NCBI GenBank assembly: GCA_976226885.1
Contig: OZ320315.1
Coordinates: forward strand, 97,588,001 to 97,652,000
Length of the DNA stretch: 64,000 nucleotides
From: Iphione sp. A-MEVVRFRX5
Lineage: Eukaryota
Direction of reading: 5' to 3'
Shown: positions 46,541 through 59,469 of the stretch, piece after piece
Layout: every line of letters starts with the position of its first letter
How positions within the stretch are numbered: the first letter of the stretch is position 1
Position numbers and translations under genes: made by a program
The notes under the pieces: generated by a model
The model's database searches: none
What the model saw: the letters and a program-made list of their open reading frames with translations, nothing else
What the model was told of the DNA's origin: nothing

Positions 46541-49500
46541 TCAAACTGACAAGAAGGCATGGTTATGGTACAGTGAGGAGAGACTCTTGCAACTGTAACC
46601 GTTCTTGAGAAAAGTTGCAAACATTTGCTTGCATGGGAGGAATGTTCTCTGAAACAGGAGACATTCACAAGATGGATATGTTGTACCAATTCCATGGCAG
46701 AAAACATAGTACTTGTACCCAGCATTTCTTGCACTCTTGAAATTGTGCCACAATGCTGTCCTTTTACATCGGTAGGACACATCCTCAGCTGAAAACTCAA
46801 GTTCATATGCTCTCAAAATTTTGATGCAATGTTGCACCATGCCTTTTGGTCGGTTGTGCAGATATTATGGTATTGTTGGCAGGTATGCTCAGTTGTCTGA
46901 GGATGGCCAGAATTATGGGTCATAATGTTTCCACCTCTCTGGTAGGCATTCCATTGCCAAGACTGACACCATGGTGCTCATAATCGTGGTGCTGGAGAAT
47001 TATGTCAGCTTGAGACATCCTGGGGTGTTCAGCCTTGTACAGACAGAGCTCTTTCTTCTGGGCAGTGGTAATACAGATTCGACAACGCTGGGTGGTTGGT
47101 TGTTCCATCTTTGAGGTTCCTGGAGGAATGAATACAGACCATGCAGCCCTCCTTCCCTTAAGCTGATTTCCACACTCCGGAGGATGATCCGGCTGACACG
47201 CATTGACTAGACGCAGACAATAACCCGGCGTGACCTCAGGGCCTGCTGTAGAAAATTCTTTGTTCTCCTAACACCTCCTCCCACCTGTGTGTGATAAGGC
47301 GTTAAGTCCCCCACCAGTAACCCTGACTGGTATAGCCATTTTATGGTGTCGCGTGGATGTTTTATCAGCTTAAGACAACATTAGTCTGGTTAAATGAACT
47401 AATTTTCTATATTAATTCCCTCTAAAATACATTAAAATGGCCTCCAGATACGGATATGGGATTCCAGTTAAATAGTGCATCTAATATAGGAAAGCAATCA
47501 TTTTTCTTAAAAAAGGCTCCGATTAGGACAATATTCTGGAATTAGCGGGTCTGGTACGAGGGGGGGGGGTGGGCGCCTGTATATGAATGGATAACACAGA
47601 AACATGTCATTAACCACACAAGAAACTGGATGGAACAATTATGGAGAATATGCTAAACTACTGACATTCCATTTGTTGTCCAATTTGTCCATAGAATGGA
47701 CCCTGTCTTAAGGACTGCACAGCTTGCTTTATTTCCCCATGTCCTTGCCAGCCAATCGCATCCCCAAACCTGTTCCTGGTGAAAAGCAGAAATGAAAATC
47801 TTGGTATGTAGAAAGGCAGAGCAAAGTGCTTTCATCTTGGCGTCACAGCAGTCAGTCATGAAATGCATTGGCTGCCAAGATGGGTCTTCCTTAAACACAA
47901 GAGGGGTTGTTCTAAACCCAGGGGAAGACAAATAAAGGTATTAACCCTCAACCTTCTACTGTTCACATATACCTGGGTGTTAGCAGGGCAACGCTCTTAG
48001 GTGAGAGACATAGGGTCACTATCAGGCTAAAAACTAAGCATGATGAAACACATCTTAAGGAAGGACGATTGGTGTAGATGGCCAAAGGCAGACAAATGTT
48101 AATGATTTCCCCATTTACATTAAATATGACATGAATGGCTTGTAATAATTATGGTCTTTGATGTCTTGTTATGAATAACAAACTCAGCAATGGATACACT
48201 ATCAATATGTGTGCATACACTAGAGCATAAAGAAGGGAAAGGCATATTAGCACATTTGATAGATGGCATCTATGAGACACATTTTGTTCCCATACTGAAC
48301 AAGCAACTCTTTCTGCCACTTAGTTTCATTTGAATATTGATCCTTTTTTTAAATATTTTAATATGACAGAAGGAAAAAAATATATTTAAATATGAAGCAA
48401 TAATATGACTTGGGATACATGGAAATAGTGGGAATACCTTGATGAAATTTCAGTTCATTTTGTACTAAGGAAGTATCACCTGGTTGCAAGGCTTCTGTAG
48501 GTGGATGAAACAAGAAATATCCTTCCCCTACTGGGCTATTTTCTGTTCCAACTCATGCAGGTCCAATAGGGAACATTGACCAGCAACCACAGCAATATGA
48601 ATGTTCGTCCTTTGCCGTGTTATAATAGTTATGATCCAAATCATGTGACTTCATTTCTCCTCACTGCCAAATCTCCTTCTCAACAAAGGCCTTAAGTGTA
48701 CATCTGATAATAGGAACCTGAAGGATTCCACTCCTCACCATTCAAAAATTTTCTCCTTAATTTTCTTATCTACTGAGGGAGCGCGACCAGACTCCCTGCT
48801 TATAGCATGTTTCTCATGGTCTGAAACCAATGGTAGTGCGATAAAAGATTCCCAATGGATCTGTGAAGAACCATTGGCGAAGTCTTCAAGTTGCATTTTT
48901 CTTTTTTTTTCTGATCGACCTTGGATTAAGTAGCAGAAGCAGCAGCGTGCTGAGCGTGACTCCATCTATCACTATACTACCTCTTATCTGGAAGGGCTGA
49001 CTAAGACCAAACAACATATAAGAATAACAACACAACAGAAAAAATGTGTACATTGATCAAGATAGGGGTAGTATTGAAACCATGTGCTAAGACTAGATAC
49101 AGAAAATAATGATATCTTGGTACTCACTTCTGTCAGTCATTGGGCATTGAGCAGCTCATTTACATAAAGCAGTTTGGCTGACAGGAATGCTGGCACATTT
49201 TATAACCATGGGGCAGCATCCAGCTGCTTTAGTCTGGTGAGGGCCAGCATAGTCTCGTACACAATTCCATGTTTCGAATTTTAGGGTTAAGGATGTCATC
49301 CATGCCCTGGCCATGATGGTAAAATCCCTTTTCAGGGTATGAGAGAGCAATTACATATACATAGTATGACACTCTTTGATGTATACAAACACAATCTGTC
49401 TCTCTCGCAGTCTACTTTTATAGATAATTTATAGGTATAATTTTAAAATCTTTGGATTTAGACCTGAAGATGAGCAGATTGCATCTGATGGTAGACCAGT

Positions 49501-49990
49501 ACAGTTTTGGGAGAGAAGGGACAGTTCCCAATTCCTACTGTTAAATTGGAGGTTGGCCAGGTTATCGTGGTAGCCATACCCTGACGTTGTTATGTCACAT
49601 AACAACGTCAGGGTATGGCTACCAGGATAACCTGGCTCTCTCTGGATTGGGATCAGTACTGCATGGAATTAGGTCAAGTAAACCACTAGCATTGATCGCA
49701 ATATACCAGTTTCTCCAGTGCTGCTGGAGCATGGAACTTGAGTTGGTTGATGATGGTATCTTTTATTTACAGTCTTCAATGTGGATGAATGTCGATGTGG
49801 AAGACCTTTCTCACAGCTCCCCAGCTACACACAACCATCTGTAGTTTGGGCCTACCCACTAGTTCCTTGATGAATGGATATCATAAAACAAAGGAAAGAA
49901 ATTGGTCTTCTGATGATCTGTCATCTGTTCCTTTGACATCAGTGCAAATGCCAAAGGAACGGGGTTTACTTGGTTCCCACTCTTCATGAA
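46541..49990 (-). pseudogene. multi-exon MULE-type transposase remnant (CARF/ALS2CR8-like N-terminus, MULE DDE, SWIM)
   Basis: QTKAAGC (49200), LPLVSDHEKH..VDKKIKEKIFE (48750), NIHIAV..ELEQKI (48550), WQPMHFMTDCCDA..FHQEQVW (47750), PSCECLLFQRTFLPCKQ (46600). Confidence 0.72.
46990..47108 (-). pseudogene. pogo/Jerky-like HTH fragment
   Basis: ITTAQKKELCLYKAEHPRMSQADII. Confidence 0.5.
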
Positions 49991-51787
49991 TCATGGATGC
50001 TGCATAGTTGGTAAAATAGTGCCTTCACAAACTTGAGCATTGTATCAACATACCAGGTCTATGCAGCCTTCAGGTAGTCCAGTTGTTCTTTGGTGGTAAA
50101 TATGATGTTTCAAGATTCAAAGATTCAAATTCAATTTAATTCACTCTTTTGCCATGAGCATGGTGGTGTTCATAGACAAGAAAAATTTCACTACTCATGC
50201 TGAGAGTTAACCTGCTAGAATAGGGTGAAGTATGAGATGAATTTATACATAATGAAAGAAATACATTTTATAGTAGAGTAAGTGTTAATATGCAATATGT
50301 TAGATAATGATTGATAACTTAATTTAGACTATGGCGAATTTACACATTTGCATTAATTCTTGTCTGTCTGTCATATTTCTCAAGAGAACATCTGACACGT
50401 TCCAAGTTCTAGGTCCTTGGTATGCTATGGACTTGAGTACTTTTGGGGTTTTAGGTATGGGAGTTTTGATACTCCGTGATACTATTTCCAAGGGAATCGA
50501 TCTAAACATTAAGTCTATTGTCATGATTCGTTGTCTAACTTTCAAGCTGTCAACATGAAAGTAAATTTGGATTTCATTAACCTTTAGGGTCTATTTACCA
50601 TGTAATTTCTTGTAGATCAATTCTGTACTCAATTCTGGAGTCTTTGCAAGTGATGATGGTATGAGAGTGGGATACATGAGATAAAGGCAATACAGTAATT
50701 AATTAATGGCAGCATTAGTGATTTGTAAATTATTGCCGCAGACTCAGTCAGGTAGTTTCGAACCTTGATAAAACATATGCTTGTGAAGATAACTGCTTGA
50801 TAAGTTTTGATGTGTTCACAACTAATTGGTTGACATTACACCAACTTTCTATTTGTTTGATAATTATTGCGATTTTATCATGCAGGTTATTCACACTCAA
50901 GTCACTACAGTAACATACAGTATCGTCTGCAAACAGTATCGTAGAGTCTGTGATTGTTTCTGACAAATCGTTTATGTACATCGAGAATAGGAGTGGTCCA
51001 AGTTTTGAACCTTGTGGAACACCCTACTTAATCGTTCTTTCAATTGACATTTTGTCATTGACATAACAACATTGTACCCTGTCGCTCAGGAGGAAGTGAA
51101 CCATTTAAGGGTGTTGTCAGCAAAGTTAAAGTAATGCCGCAGCTTGTACAGTAGTAGTACGTGGTTTATGGTATTGAACACCTTACAAAAGTCTCTGTAT
51201 AGAAGTAAATTGTACTTTCCTTTGTTTGGTCCAGGTAAAGATCATTAAGTAATTTGTGTATGGCATTTTTAGTACCATGTGCATGCCTGAACCCAAACTG
51301 CTGAGTACATAACAGGCAATATTCCTCCAGGTGGTCATATAGTTGGTTATATACTACCCTTTTAATGTCCCTCTCTCATGTAGAGGCTTCACTGCTGCTC
51401 TCTTCCTTCTTTTGGTACTACACCTTTGTCTATTGAGATGTTTATGAGAATTTGCAGTTGGTTAAGGGATAATCGTAGGAGACATACTCTGGACAATTGG
51501 TACTATATCTGATATGGTACATTTTGATAGTTTGAATTCCGGTGAATTCTTTGCATCTTTCAGCTTATGTTTAGCTATTTCTATGAAGAAATTGTTTAAT
51601 GTATTGGCTATGTCATCATTGTTAATGACAATACCATTATGCTTGATAGAAATTGTATTTGATACAATTATTTCCCTACCCATAATAATATTCATTACAG
51701 ACCTGAGCTCCTGTGGTTGTTTTTTACACTTGTGTAGTCTTTGTCTGTAGAAGTAGGCTTTGGAATTCCTAATGGCATGATTATCAT

Positions 51788-52758
51788 CTGATACCAACTT
51801 CCTAAAATCTGAAGAGAAATCTGGCCTTACTTCTTCCCTCCTAACCTTAATAAGAGATTGAACGGTCACGCCCGATAGCATGACCGCATCTAACAAAACC
51901 ATAGACAAGTTGGACAACCATGGGGCCTCATTGGCCTCTGCCCTTGGGTTTACCATTTCAACCGCCCTAAGGCAAGCCACCATGGAAGCCAACAGATCGA
52001 GCTGAACTTTCTGGAGGGACATTTCTGTCTCCTTACCCTCCTTAGCCAGGGCGTTCCACACAATTTCATTCAACCTGCAAAGCCCCAACCACTCATTATT
52101 GGAGGGCCTCAGGTTTCTCTTCTTGACAGTAGTCACCAGGTCAAATTGCATCGTCTTGATAGCCAATGTTGCGAACTCAGAAATCACATCATCCAAAGGT
52201 GGACCCAATATCTCCTCAGCGCTCATTTGCGCCACCCTGCCGCGCAACGACTCTGGATTAGGGTCTGGTTTTGCTACAGGCTCGGGCTGAGGAAGACCTT
52301 TCCCTGTGGAAGCCTCATCCTCCTCCTCATACTCCTCCTCCTGGGCATCCATTATCATGTTGAAGCCCATTGCCAGGTTCTCACCCAGGGACATAAACCC
52401 CTCCCTGACAGCATCCAAATTCCTGTTAATGTCCCCAAAGGCAGATGTCAACTTAAGGCCCATAGCAGCCTGGCTTGCAGTGAATGCACTAGACATCTCC
52501 TTTAAGGTAGCTAACAGAGCAGAACTGTCTGCATCCCCACTCCCAGCGCGCCTTGCCCACAGCCGCAGACGGCAAAGTGCAACGCACCAAAGGCGGATTC
52601 CTAAGGGGCACTGAAACACAAACTCGATCAGCCCCAACCTGAGGAGGAGGAGTGAGCTGATAATCAGCTAACAGTGTCTCCCCCACAGACGGCACCACAG
52701 CACTGCTACCTTGGGTTGATACAACAGAACCACCTGAGTCAGCCGGTGCAGACTCCAT
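51788..52758 (-). mobile_element. DIRS1-type gag fragment inserted in the linker of LINE F
   Basis: GPPL..RPSN..LNEIVWNAL..LQKVQ..DAVMLSG..VRREEVRPDF; ATG at both junctions (52756-52758, 51785-51787); host reads FRYLRNN|NHAIRNSK. Confidence 0.75.
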
Positions 52759-53423
52759 TGTTTCTGAGATATCTGAATATGTTTTGTGTCTCAGTATCTC
52801 GCTGCTGTTTGTTTTTGTTGAGGTAATAATTTTTCAGTCTAACAGTTTTGAGCAGGGCCGAATTCATCCACTGTGGTCTCTTGTTTGAGATTGTGGTTGT
52901 TTTTTGTGTGAAATGCTTGTCTGCTATCAGGGTCAGGTTCAAGTAGTAGGCTTCCCAACAGTCATCTGGACTTTCAGCATTGTATAAATTGTACCAGTTC
53001 ATACTTTTGATATCATGACTGATAATATTTTCATCAGTTGTAATTTTTTTCCTGTATGTTATAGTTCTGGATTCCCTGAGTTGTTTTTTCTTTGTGAATC
53101 TTTTAATTTTGTAGGTTGTGAAATGATCTGAGATGTTCCAGGCAGTAGTACCAGTGTCTGCTATGTGCTCGCAATTTGAGCAGATTACATCTATCATAGT
53201 TGAGCTTTTTGAGTCAACTCTGGTTGGTTCAGTAATGTGGCTCTTTATACCATGATTTTCAAGCATATTTCTTAAAATTATGGCTAGTCTATCGTTTGAT
53301 CCTAGGTTGATGTTTATGTTTCCTAGTATCAATATATCTCTTTTGTGGTTGAGCTTGGATAATACATCATCTACATATGATATGAATTTGACAGCTGACC
53401 CATTGGGTGGTCTGTCGACATTT

Positions 53424-55023
53424 GATTGATTGATTGATGACTTTGTCCTCTTTGCATATGTACAAAGTTTTCACTGGACAACATTGTGCAAACATAAGCA
53501 TAGCATAAACAGAAACAAAGCACATACAGGGCATAGCACACACAATCAACAATGAGCATATAACTACATGACATGAAGTGCACACGTTCGGAAATGACCA
53601 TTCAAACTACATAGAGCGAGCAATAGAAGATTATGGGATGACATACAGGCCATATGCTGATACGAGTATCGCAATAAATCACATCAACCTCATTACAGCA
53701 GTATGAGTTCACGTTACAGCTCTAGTGCCATCCAGCAACCATATTACCAGTGTCAAGCAGTCTTGCTGGCACTGGAAAAAGTGTCATTAACCTTGTGACA
53801 GGTGTCAACCACCAAGGTCATTACTCTTATACTCTTCAACCACTTGTCAATTGGGAAACAATTCACTTGCGACTTAACATATTAAACAATCCTTACACAG
53901 ATCTCAAATTCTTGAGCAAAGGTGAGTGCTCCATCAGCCCTATCTGAGTGCTTGTGCTAATCACGTTCTAAGCAGCTCACAGTCTTAGCTTTAATCATGC
54001 AGTATATAGCAGCCGCACCTTACTATATCCACCTCGACTATCATGCCTATGCCTCCAATCTTTAAACTAAATTATGATCATGAAGCGTGAAGAGACAATT
54101 CAATTCAAGCCTGGTGCCACATGCTGAGTGAAACTTCAGCTCACTAAGCCCCGGGCTTGCACACATGCTTGGAATTAGGCTGTTTGTGCTGCCGCAGGGA
54201 CACAGGTAGATATTCCATTCCTTGACACCTCTGTGTCTGAGGCTTCACACGAAGAAAGTTGATCTGGGATGGTCACTTTTAATTTTGACAGTTCCCCCTC
54301 TCCTGGTAGCAGTTCTATCCACTCTATGTAGCAGATTAAGAACAACCAGTTTGTGAATGACAGATAGAGAGCCCTGTGACTCACTAATACTTCAACTCTT
54401 TCGATGTTGAACCGAGTAAATATTGCCTTAGCCGACATTAGTGGGTGATCTTGCAGACACACACGCACACACAGCAGTTCAGGTGAATTTGGAGACTCTT
54501 GATGCATGTGGCAGAGCAACCGAAGAATAGGATAGCATTATACTGCAAATCAGTATACACTAGTGACCAAAATAGCATCACCCTTCAGTGTAGTGGAAGA
54601 AGGCGCTTGGTCCTTCCTATCTTCAGTGCCGCAATCCACATGCGGGCCTTAGTTACCTTCGTGGCTTTGCCAAACCTCAGTTTGCCATCGATGGTGTATC
54701 CTAGCACCCATGTGCTAGTAACAATGTCAAGTTTGAAGTCGTCCATCTTGAGGTCAAGATTGGTGGCCATGGCCCTGCCAAGGGTTAAGTGGTAACACTT
54801 GCCTATGCTCAACAATAGCCCAACACTTGAGCACCACTTCAGCACCACTTCAGCACAGCATTAATGGCAACCTGACAGGACCATCTCAACCTCAACAGGT
54901 CATTACAGCTGTGCATTCCTTTGGAAAGAATCTCACAACCTCGTCCATCACTATGCAAAATGCATTGGGACCAAACACGGAGCCCTGGGGGACCCCATGT
55001 TTTATGCCCCTGTGCTCCGAGTC
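53424..55023 (-). mobile_element. 5'-truncated E3-family LINE inserted in the APE of F
   Basis: PQGSVFGP, ARMWIAALKIGRTKRLLP; hairpin CTTTG/CAAAG 53450-53467; (ATCA)n tail; CATTT duplicated at 53419-53423 and 55024-55028; host reads MMLIIN|VDRPPNG. Confidence 0.88.
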
Positions 55024-56239
55024 CATTTATGATTAGCATCATTTTCCATTTCCCTGGGGTAATCTCCAAGACCTGGATCTCTATGTCTTTAGTTGAGCTG
55101 GTGAAGGTTGAATATGATTGAGGGATTGATGCCTGTCTAATCGTACAAAAGTGTAGCCTTTTAGGTGCAGGAGATTATCAGGGAATGCACCATGAAGCCA
55201 TGGTTCTTCTTGAATAGCTAGTATACAACAATTGGAAGTGCTCAGCTATAGTCCGATAGATGGGATTGTATTAATGATACTGGTTGCATTAAGTTGCATT
55301 AGCTTGAGACCCTTGTCATGTTTATTAGTTTTGTTCTTCCCAATACTGGTCATAATTTGGAATACGGAGGTGATATTCTATACAGGATATATGCTGCCAG
55401 AGATTCATGTATGGTTTATGTATAAACCGATACACCATTGAATGAATTATGGTAACACTCCAGTAGTTTGCACACAGTTTAAGCATAAACCAGTGCACTG
55501 CTGGTGCTAGTGTATAAATAGAACATATAATGTATGGTTTAGGTATAAACTCATACATATGATTGCGGTAGATACACACATAAGGTTTAGGCGAGATGCC
55601 ATCTGATTAGGTCTGATCTCCACAGTTGATAATACAGACGATGAAATACATTGCCATAGTACAGTTGATAAACAATAATCAGAATAATGCATAACAAAAT
55701 AAAAGAGAAGGCAAGCTTGCAAATGAGGTTTGATTGAGCAAATTCATCAGTGAGAGAAAGATCGTCATAGGGGCAACAGCATATGTGTGAGTGTGAATTG
55801 TGTATGTGTATGTGTAAGTGTACGTGTACCTGGTGTGAGCATACACCCAGGTCAACAATGCCATCCAATGTTGATTTGTACCCAGTTGCTTTATCTGTTT
55901 ATTCATCCACCTAGTCATTGGTATGGTGTTCATTCTGTCCATATCCGTCACTGTCAAAATTATTGCATGATGCCGGTTGGTGTAACTATACACCTAACCA
56001 GTGCATCACATATGATCATCTTTCGTCGTAATTTTGATTCTTAAGATATTATGAATATATGGGAGTAAGTGTCACTATACACCATGCTCGCCATATACCC
56101 ATATATAATTATCTCTTGTGTATTTTGAACTGTTGCTACCCGTAGTGAGTATATCAGAGTTCGTGTAGCTATACACCCTGCTCTTGTAATGACCACAATG
56201 TGTAGCGTAGAGTAGAAATGTAGTCCGAGTTAGAAGACA

Positions 56240-56903
56240 TGTCTGGTCCCAGTCAGGGTGGTGGGAACATCACTGCGGTGTATGAATGATGTGCCTGAAT
56301 GTTTTAGCCATTTAGATTTCGTTCATATGACAGTACTATTTATGAGGCGAGTTGTTTTTCAAAAGGATCACCTGGAAAAGAAAAAAGATCTACACAAATA
56401 CCTTTTTTGAAATATGTGTAGGTGACAGTGTACGTGAAAGATATTTAGACTCACTGGCTGACTGAAGTGAAATTAATTGTATCGAATCTCTGTGCCTGAG
56501 CAAGGGACCTGTGCAGTACCCTCTGCAGAGAAAAGTCTTGCACCACCTTCAAAGACCGCTTATCCATACGGTGCTTGTTGTATCCCCGATACCGCATGCC
56601 GAAGATTGTACTAAATACATATGTTTCACCATATGACCCCAGGTTTCAGCTTCTACAAGATGCTGGGGACATACATACACACAAGACCTGCGGCCATATC
56701 TATCCTGTATAACTACCAGTTTAGTTATGTCACTCGCACCTCCTAGTATAATCATATACCGAAACGTGTACTTCCTACATAGAATGTATCTAGAGCTTGT
56801 TCAGTCAGGTAATCTAGGCTCTTGCCTGAATATGCAGCGACGGCGACGGAGAAAATGAGGCAACAATCCCCTACCATGACTGCTTGACACGAACAGGACC
56901 CAT
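56240..56903 (-). pseudogene. SGNH ORF of element F
   Basis: VLFVSSSHGRGL (block I), AYSGKSL (block II), IILGGASDIT (block III), GLHF (block V); frameshifted. Confidence 0.68.
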
Positions 56904-56936
56904 GGTTGCGTGATAGCAAAGGAGTAAAACTGAAAA

Positions 56937-57056
56937 TTATCGTCGTTCCTTCTGCAGCTCATTACGGACAGCGGTTAGAAGTTTTCCGGAGTGATTCTTA
57001 CCAAGCGTGGTGATGTAGCGGCAATACCACAGCCCCAAAAGTCATCTGCAGCAATA
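56937..57056 (-). pseudogene. NADAR C-terminal remnant of element F ORF1
   Basis: IAADDFWGCG..(frameshift)..GKNHSGKLLTAVRNELQKERR-stop, 33 nt before the SGNH ATG. Confidence 0.8.
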
Positions 57057-57112
57057 GGGTGCCTCCTGCCCCGCCCCAGGTTGAGCGAGGTGGTTTTATC
57101 AGTGCTCCCTCC

Positions 57113-59414
57113 TTCAACAGTTTGGGAGGCAGCTTGCCACTCTTCAGATGACACAATGTGAGCTTCAGCCCATGCTACACCAATGGCCCTTGCAAGACAC
57201 ATATTGTCTTGATTCACAATTTTCACCATAGATGTCTTTCATGCTATGGAATTACCAGGTCCCTCCACACTAGTGATGTAACAATGAGCTGCACCTTTGG
57301 GGAGTTCTATGGTGCCAACATCAATCTGAAAGTGATCAGCCATGGTCAAATCCTGATTGCTATTCACCACATTTTCTATTGTTTTCATGACTTTATCTGC
57401 ATTTAACTGCTCTTAGGGACCAAGAGGCACAATGATTGGATTGTCCAAGTCTTGATGATGAATGATTACTCTTCCTAAATCATTACCTGACAAGTTATTT
57501 CTGACCTCTCTAATGACTCTGTCAAACATGTCATGGAGTACGTCATACATATCTGTAATCTGTGAACCATGAAAGTCATTAAATTTTACCTCATATGTCG
57601 TATCAATGGCTCCATTCTTCATGAAAGTTCTTTGACGTCTTCTCCTCATGGTGTAGGGTGGTTCTGGTGCTACTGGTGGTGCATCAAACTGAAGCTTCCT
57701 CTTCTTGAATGGAAGTGATGATGGTGGTGGTGGTGGTGCATTGAAGGCCTCTGCTGAGTGGGGTGTTTGTCGGGTTGGTTCAGGTGAATGTCTTCTCCGG
57801 TTCTTCAAAGGACCTCCTTTCCTTACTTGGGAACGTGGCGACCTCTCAGACTCAACCATGTTTTCCTAAATGAATAACTAGAAAGCTGTAATATGCATCT
57901 GTTATATTTAAAACAAAAAGTTATGTTCACCTTAAAATTACTATTTTTAATACAAATGAAAACTTATGTTCATCTTAAGATCATTATGTTTGAGACAATA
58001 TTCATGAAAATATTTCAAATCATGATAAATATATCACGAAAAATAAAATAGACATTCTCTGCAACATCTTGAAACTATTACAGGTCATAGCATGCATGAT
58101 GAATCATTTTCAAGAATACCTTGTTTTTTGGTCTTTCCCAAGGCTGGGGTGCACTTGTACTCGGTTGATCCCATGGCTTTCCAACAGGAAGATTCTGTCA
58201 ATTAAGAATATGTAATATAAATATTTTTTCCAAAGAAAGAGAGAGAGAGAGAAAGTGCAGCAGCTGAATGAGAGAGAGTAAACCTACCTCATTCAGCTGC
58301 TGCAATCTCTGTCGTTTTGGTGGTGCATCCTCAACAACCTGGAGCTTCCTCTTTTTCAAAGGAAGTGGAGCTTGGTTCTCCTTTTCCTCCTCCCACTCTC
58401 CATCATCGATGCAGGCATTGACGAGTTCTTGAATGGACTGAAAATTAAGATATATCCATGTATAATTCTGTACAAATAAAATAATGTTATGAAAATAAAA
58501 CCATGTTATAAAAGAAATAGCTTCCCATATACATGTAAAGATACCTACCTCTTCACTTGGTTGTTCCTTTTCAGTAGACACTGTTGGATCATCATCCTCC
58601 CATTCCCCGTCTGCAACACAAGCATTGACCAATTCTTCAATGGACTAAAACAATGTAAAAACATTTTCTGTAAAGATGTATATCACAGACACAAGAGAAA
58701 GATAGACAAAAAGTACTGAAATATTTTTCTACCTCTTGACTGTCCACAATATGAAAAATGTGTTGAATTTTAATCTGTCATGATTTATAACAAAATAGTA
58801 CATATCAGTGTATTAACATATACACACCTCATCTTCATGAACCACTGAGTCATCAGTCTGCATTGGTTCTCCATTTTGTTCAATTCGATCCTCATGACAA
58901 ATCTCCCATTCTCCATCATCCAGGCAAGCATTTATCAACTCTTGTATGGACTGAAAGTATATTATATACCAAAAGGGAAAGATAAATTTACATTTTTTGT
59001 CATTGTGATACATTTCAATGATCAAGATGTACTTTGACCAATATGGATATGGACTTGAAAGAAAAGTAATCTAACAATGTCAAGCCTACACTTTTCTTTA
59101 TTTTTTTAAACCTACATACCTTGTCTTTTTCCATTGTATCTGCCTCCTCAACTATTCCACACATTTCAATCAGATCTTCCAGGGTCTGGAAGGTAAAATG
59201 GGTCATATAAATCAAACCCTTCAAACTGAAAATTAATTCATGAATTCACAGAATACCATTGGTAAGTACTGTAATTCTTTCTGCTGTGAATACCATGTTG
59301 TATCATAATATAAAAATACCTCTGGTACATGATATTCAACATATCAAGAACAGCTTGATTCAATTCATCCAGTGTCCGAGGAGACATGGAGAGATTCATG
59401 TCAACGTTGTCCAT
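57113..59414 (-). pseudogene. eight-exon gene whose last exon resembles the N-terminal region of Polinton/Maverick-type protein-primed DNA polymerase B, truncated
   Basis: GT-AG exons 59414-59320 (1-nt deficit), 59283-59257, 59185-59120, 58950-58828, 58644-58549, 58437-58288, 58194-58120 (these six are multiples of 3) and 57865-57113; DLGRVIIHHQDLDNPIIVP..VMKTIENVVNSN..ELPKG..KIVNQDNMCLARAIGVA; no polymerase core. Confidence 0.68.
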
Positions 59415-59469
59415 CTGAAAAAAAAACTTTAAAGATCTTTTGCTGACCAGAAAGTATGTATAATGTATA

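Larger units (their letters stand above)
50110..57056 (-). mobile_element. Element F: decayed three-ORF LINE (NADAR C-terminus / SGNH / APE-RT) carrying two nested inserts
   Basis: NADAR end 57056-56937; SGNH 56903-56240; APE 55330-55024 rejoins 53423-52759; linker rejoins at 51787; [14 protein letters not shown] at 50930-51030; tail 50110-50134. Confidence 0.8.
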
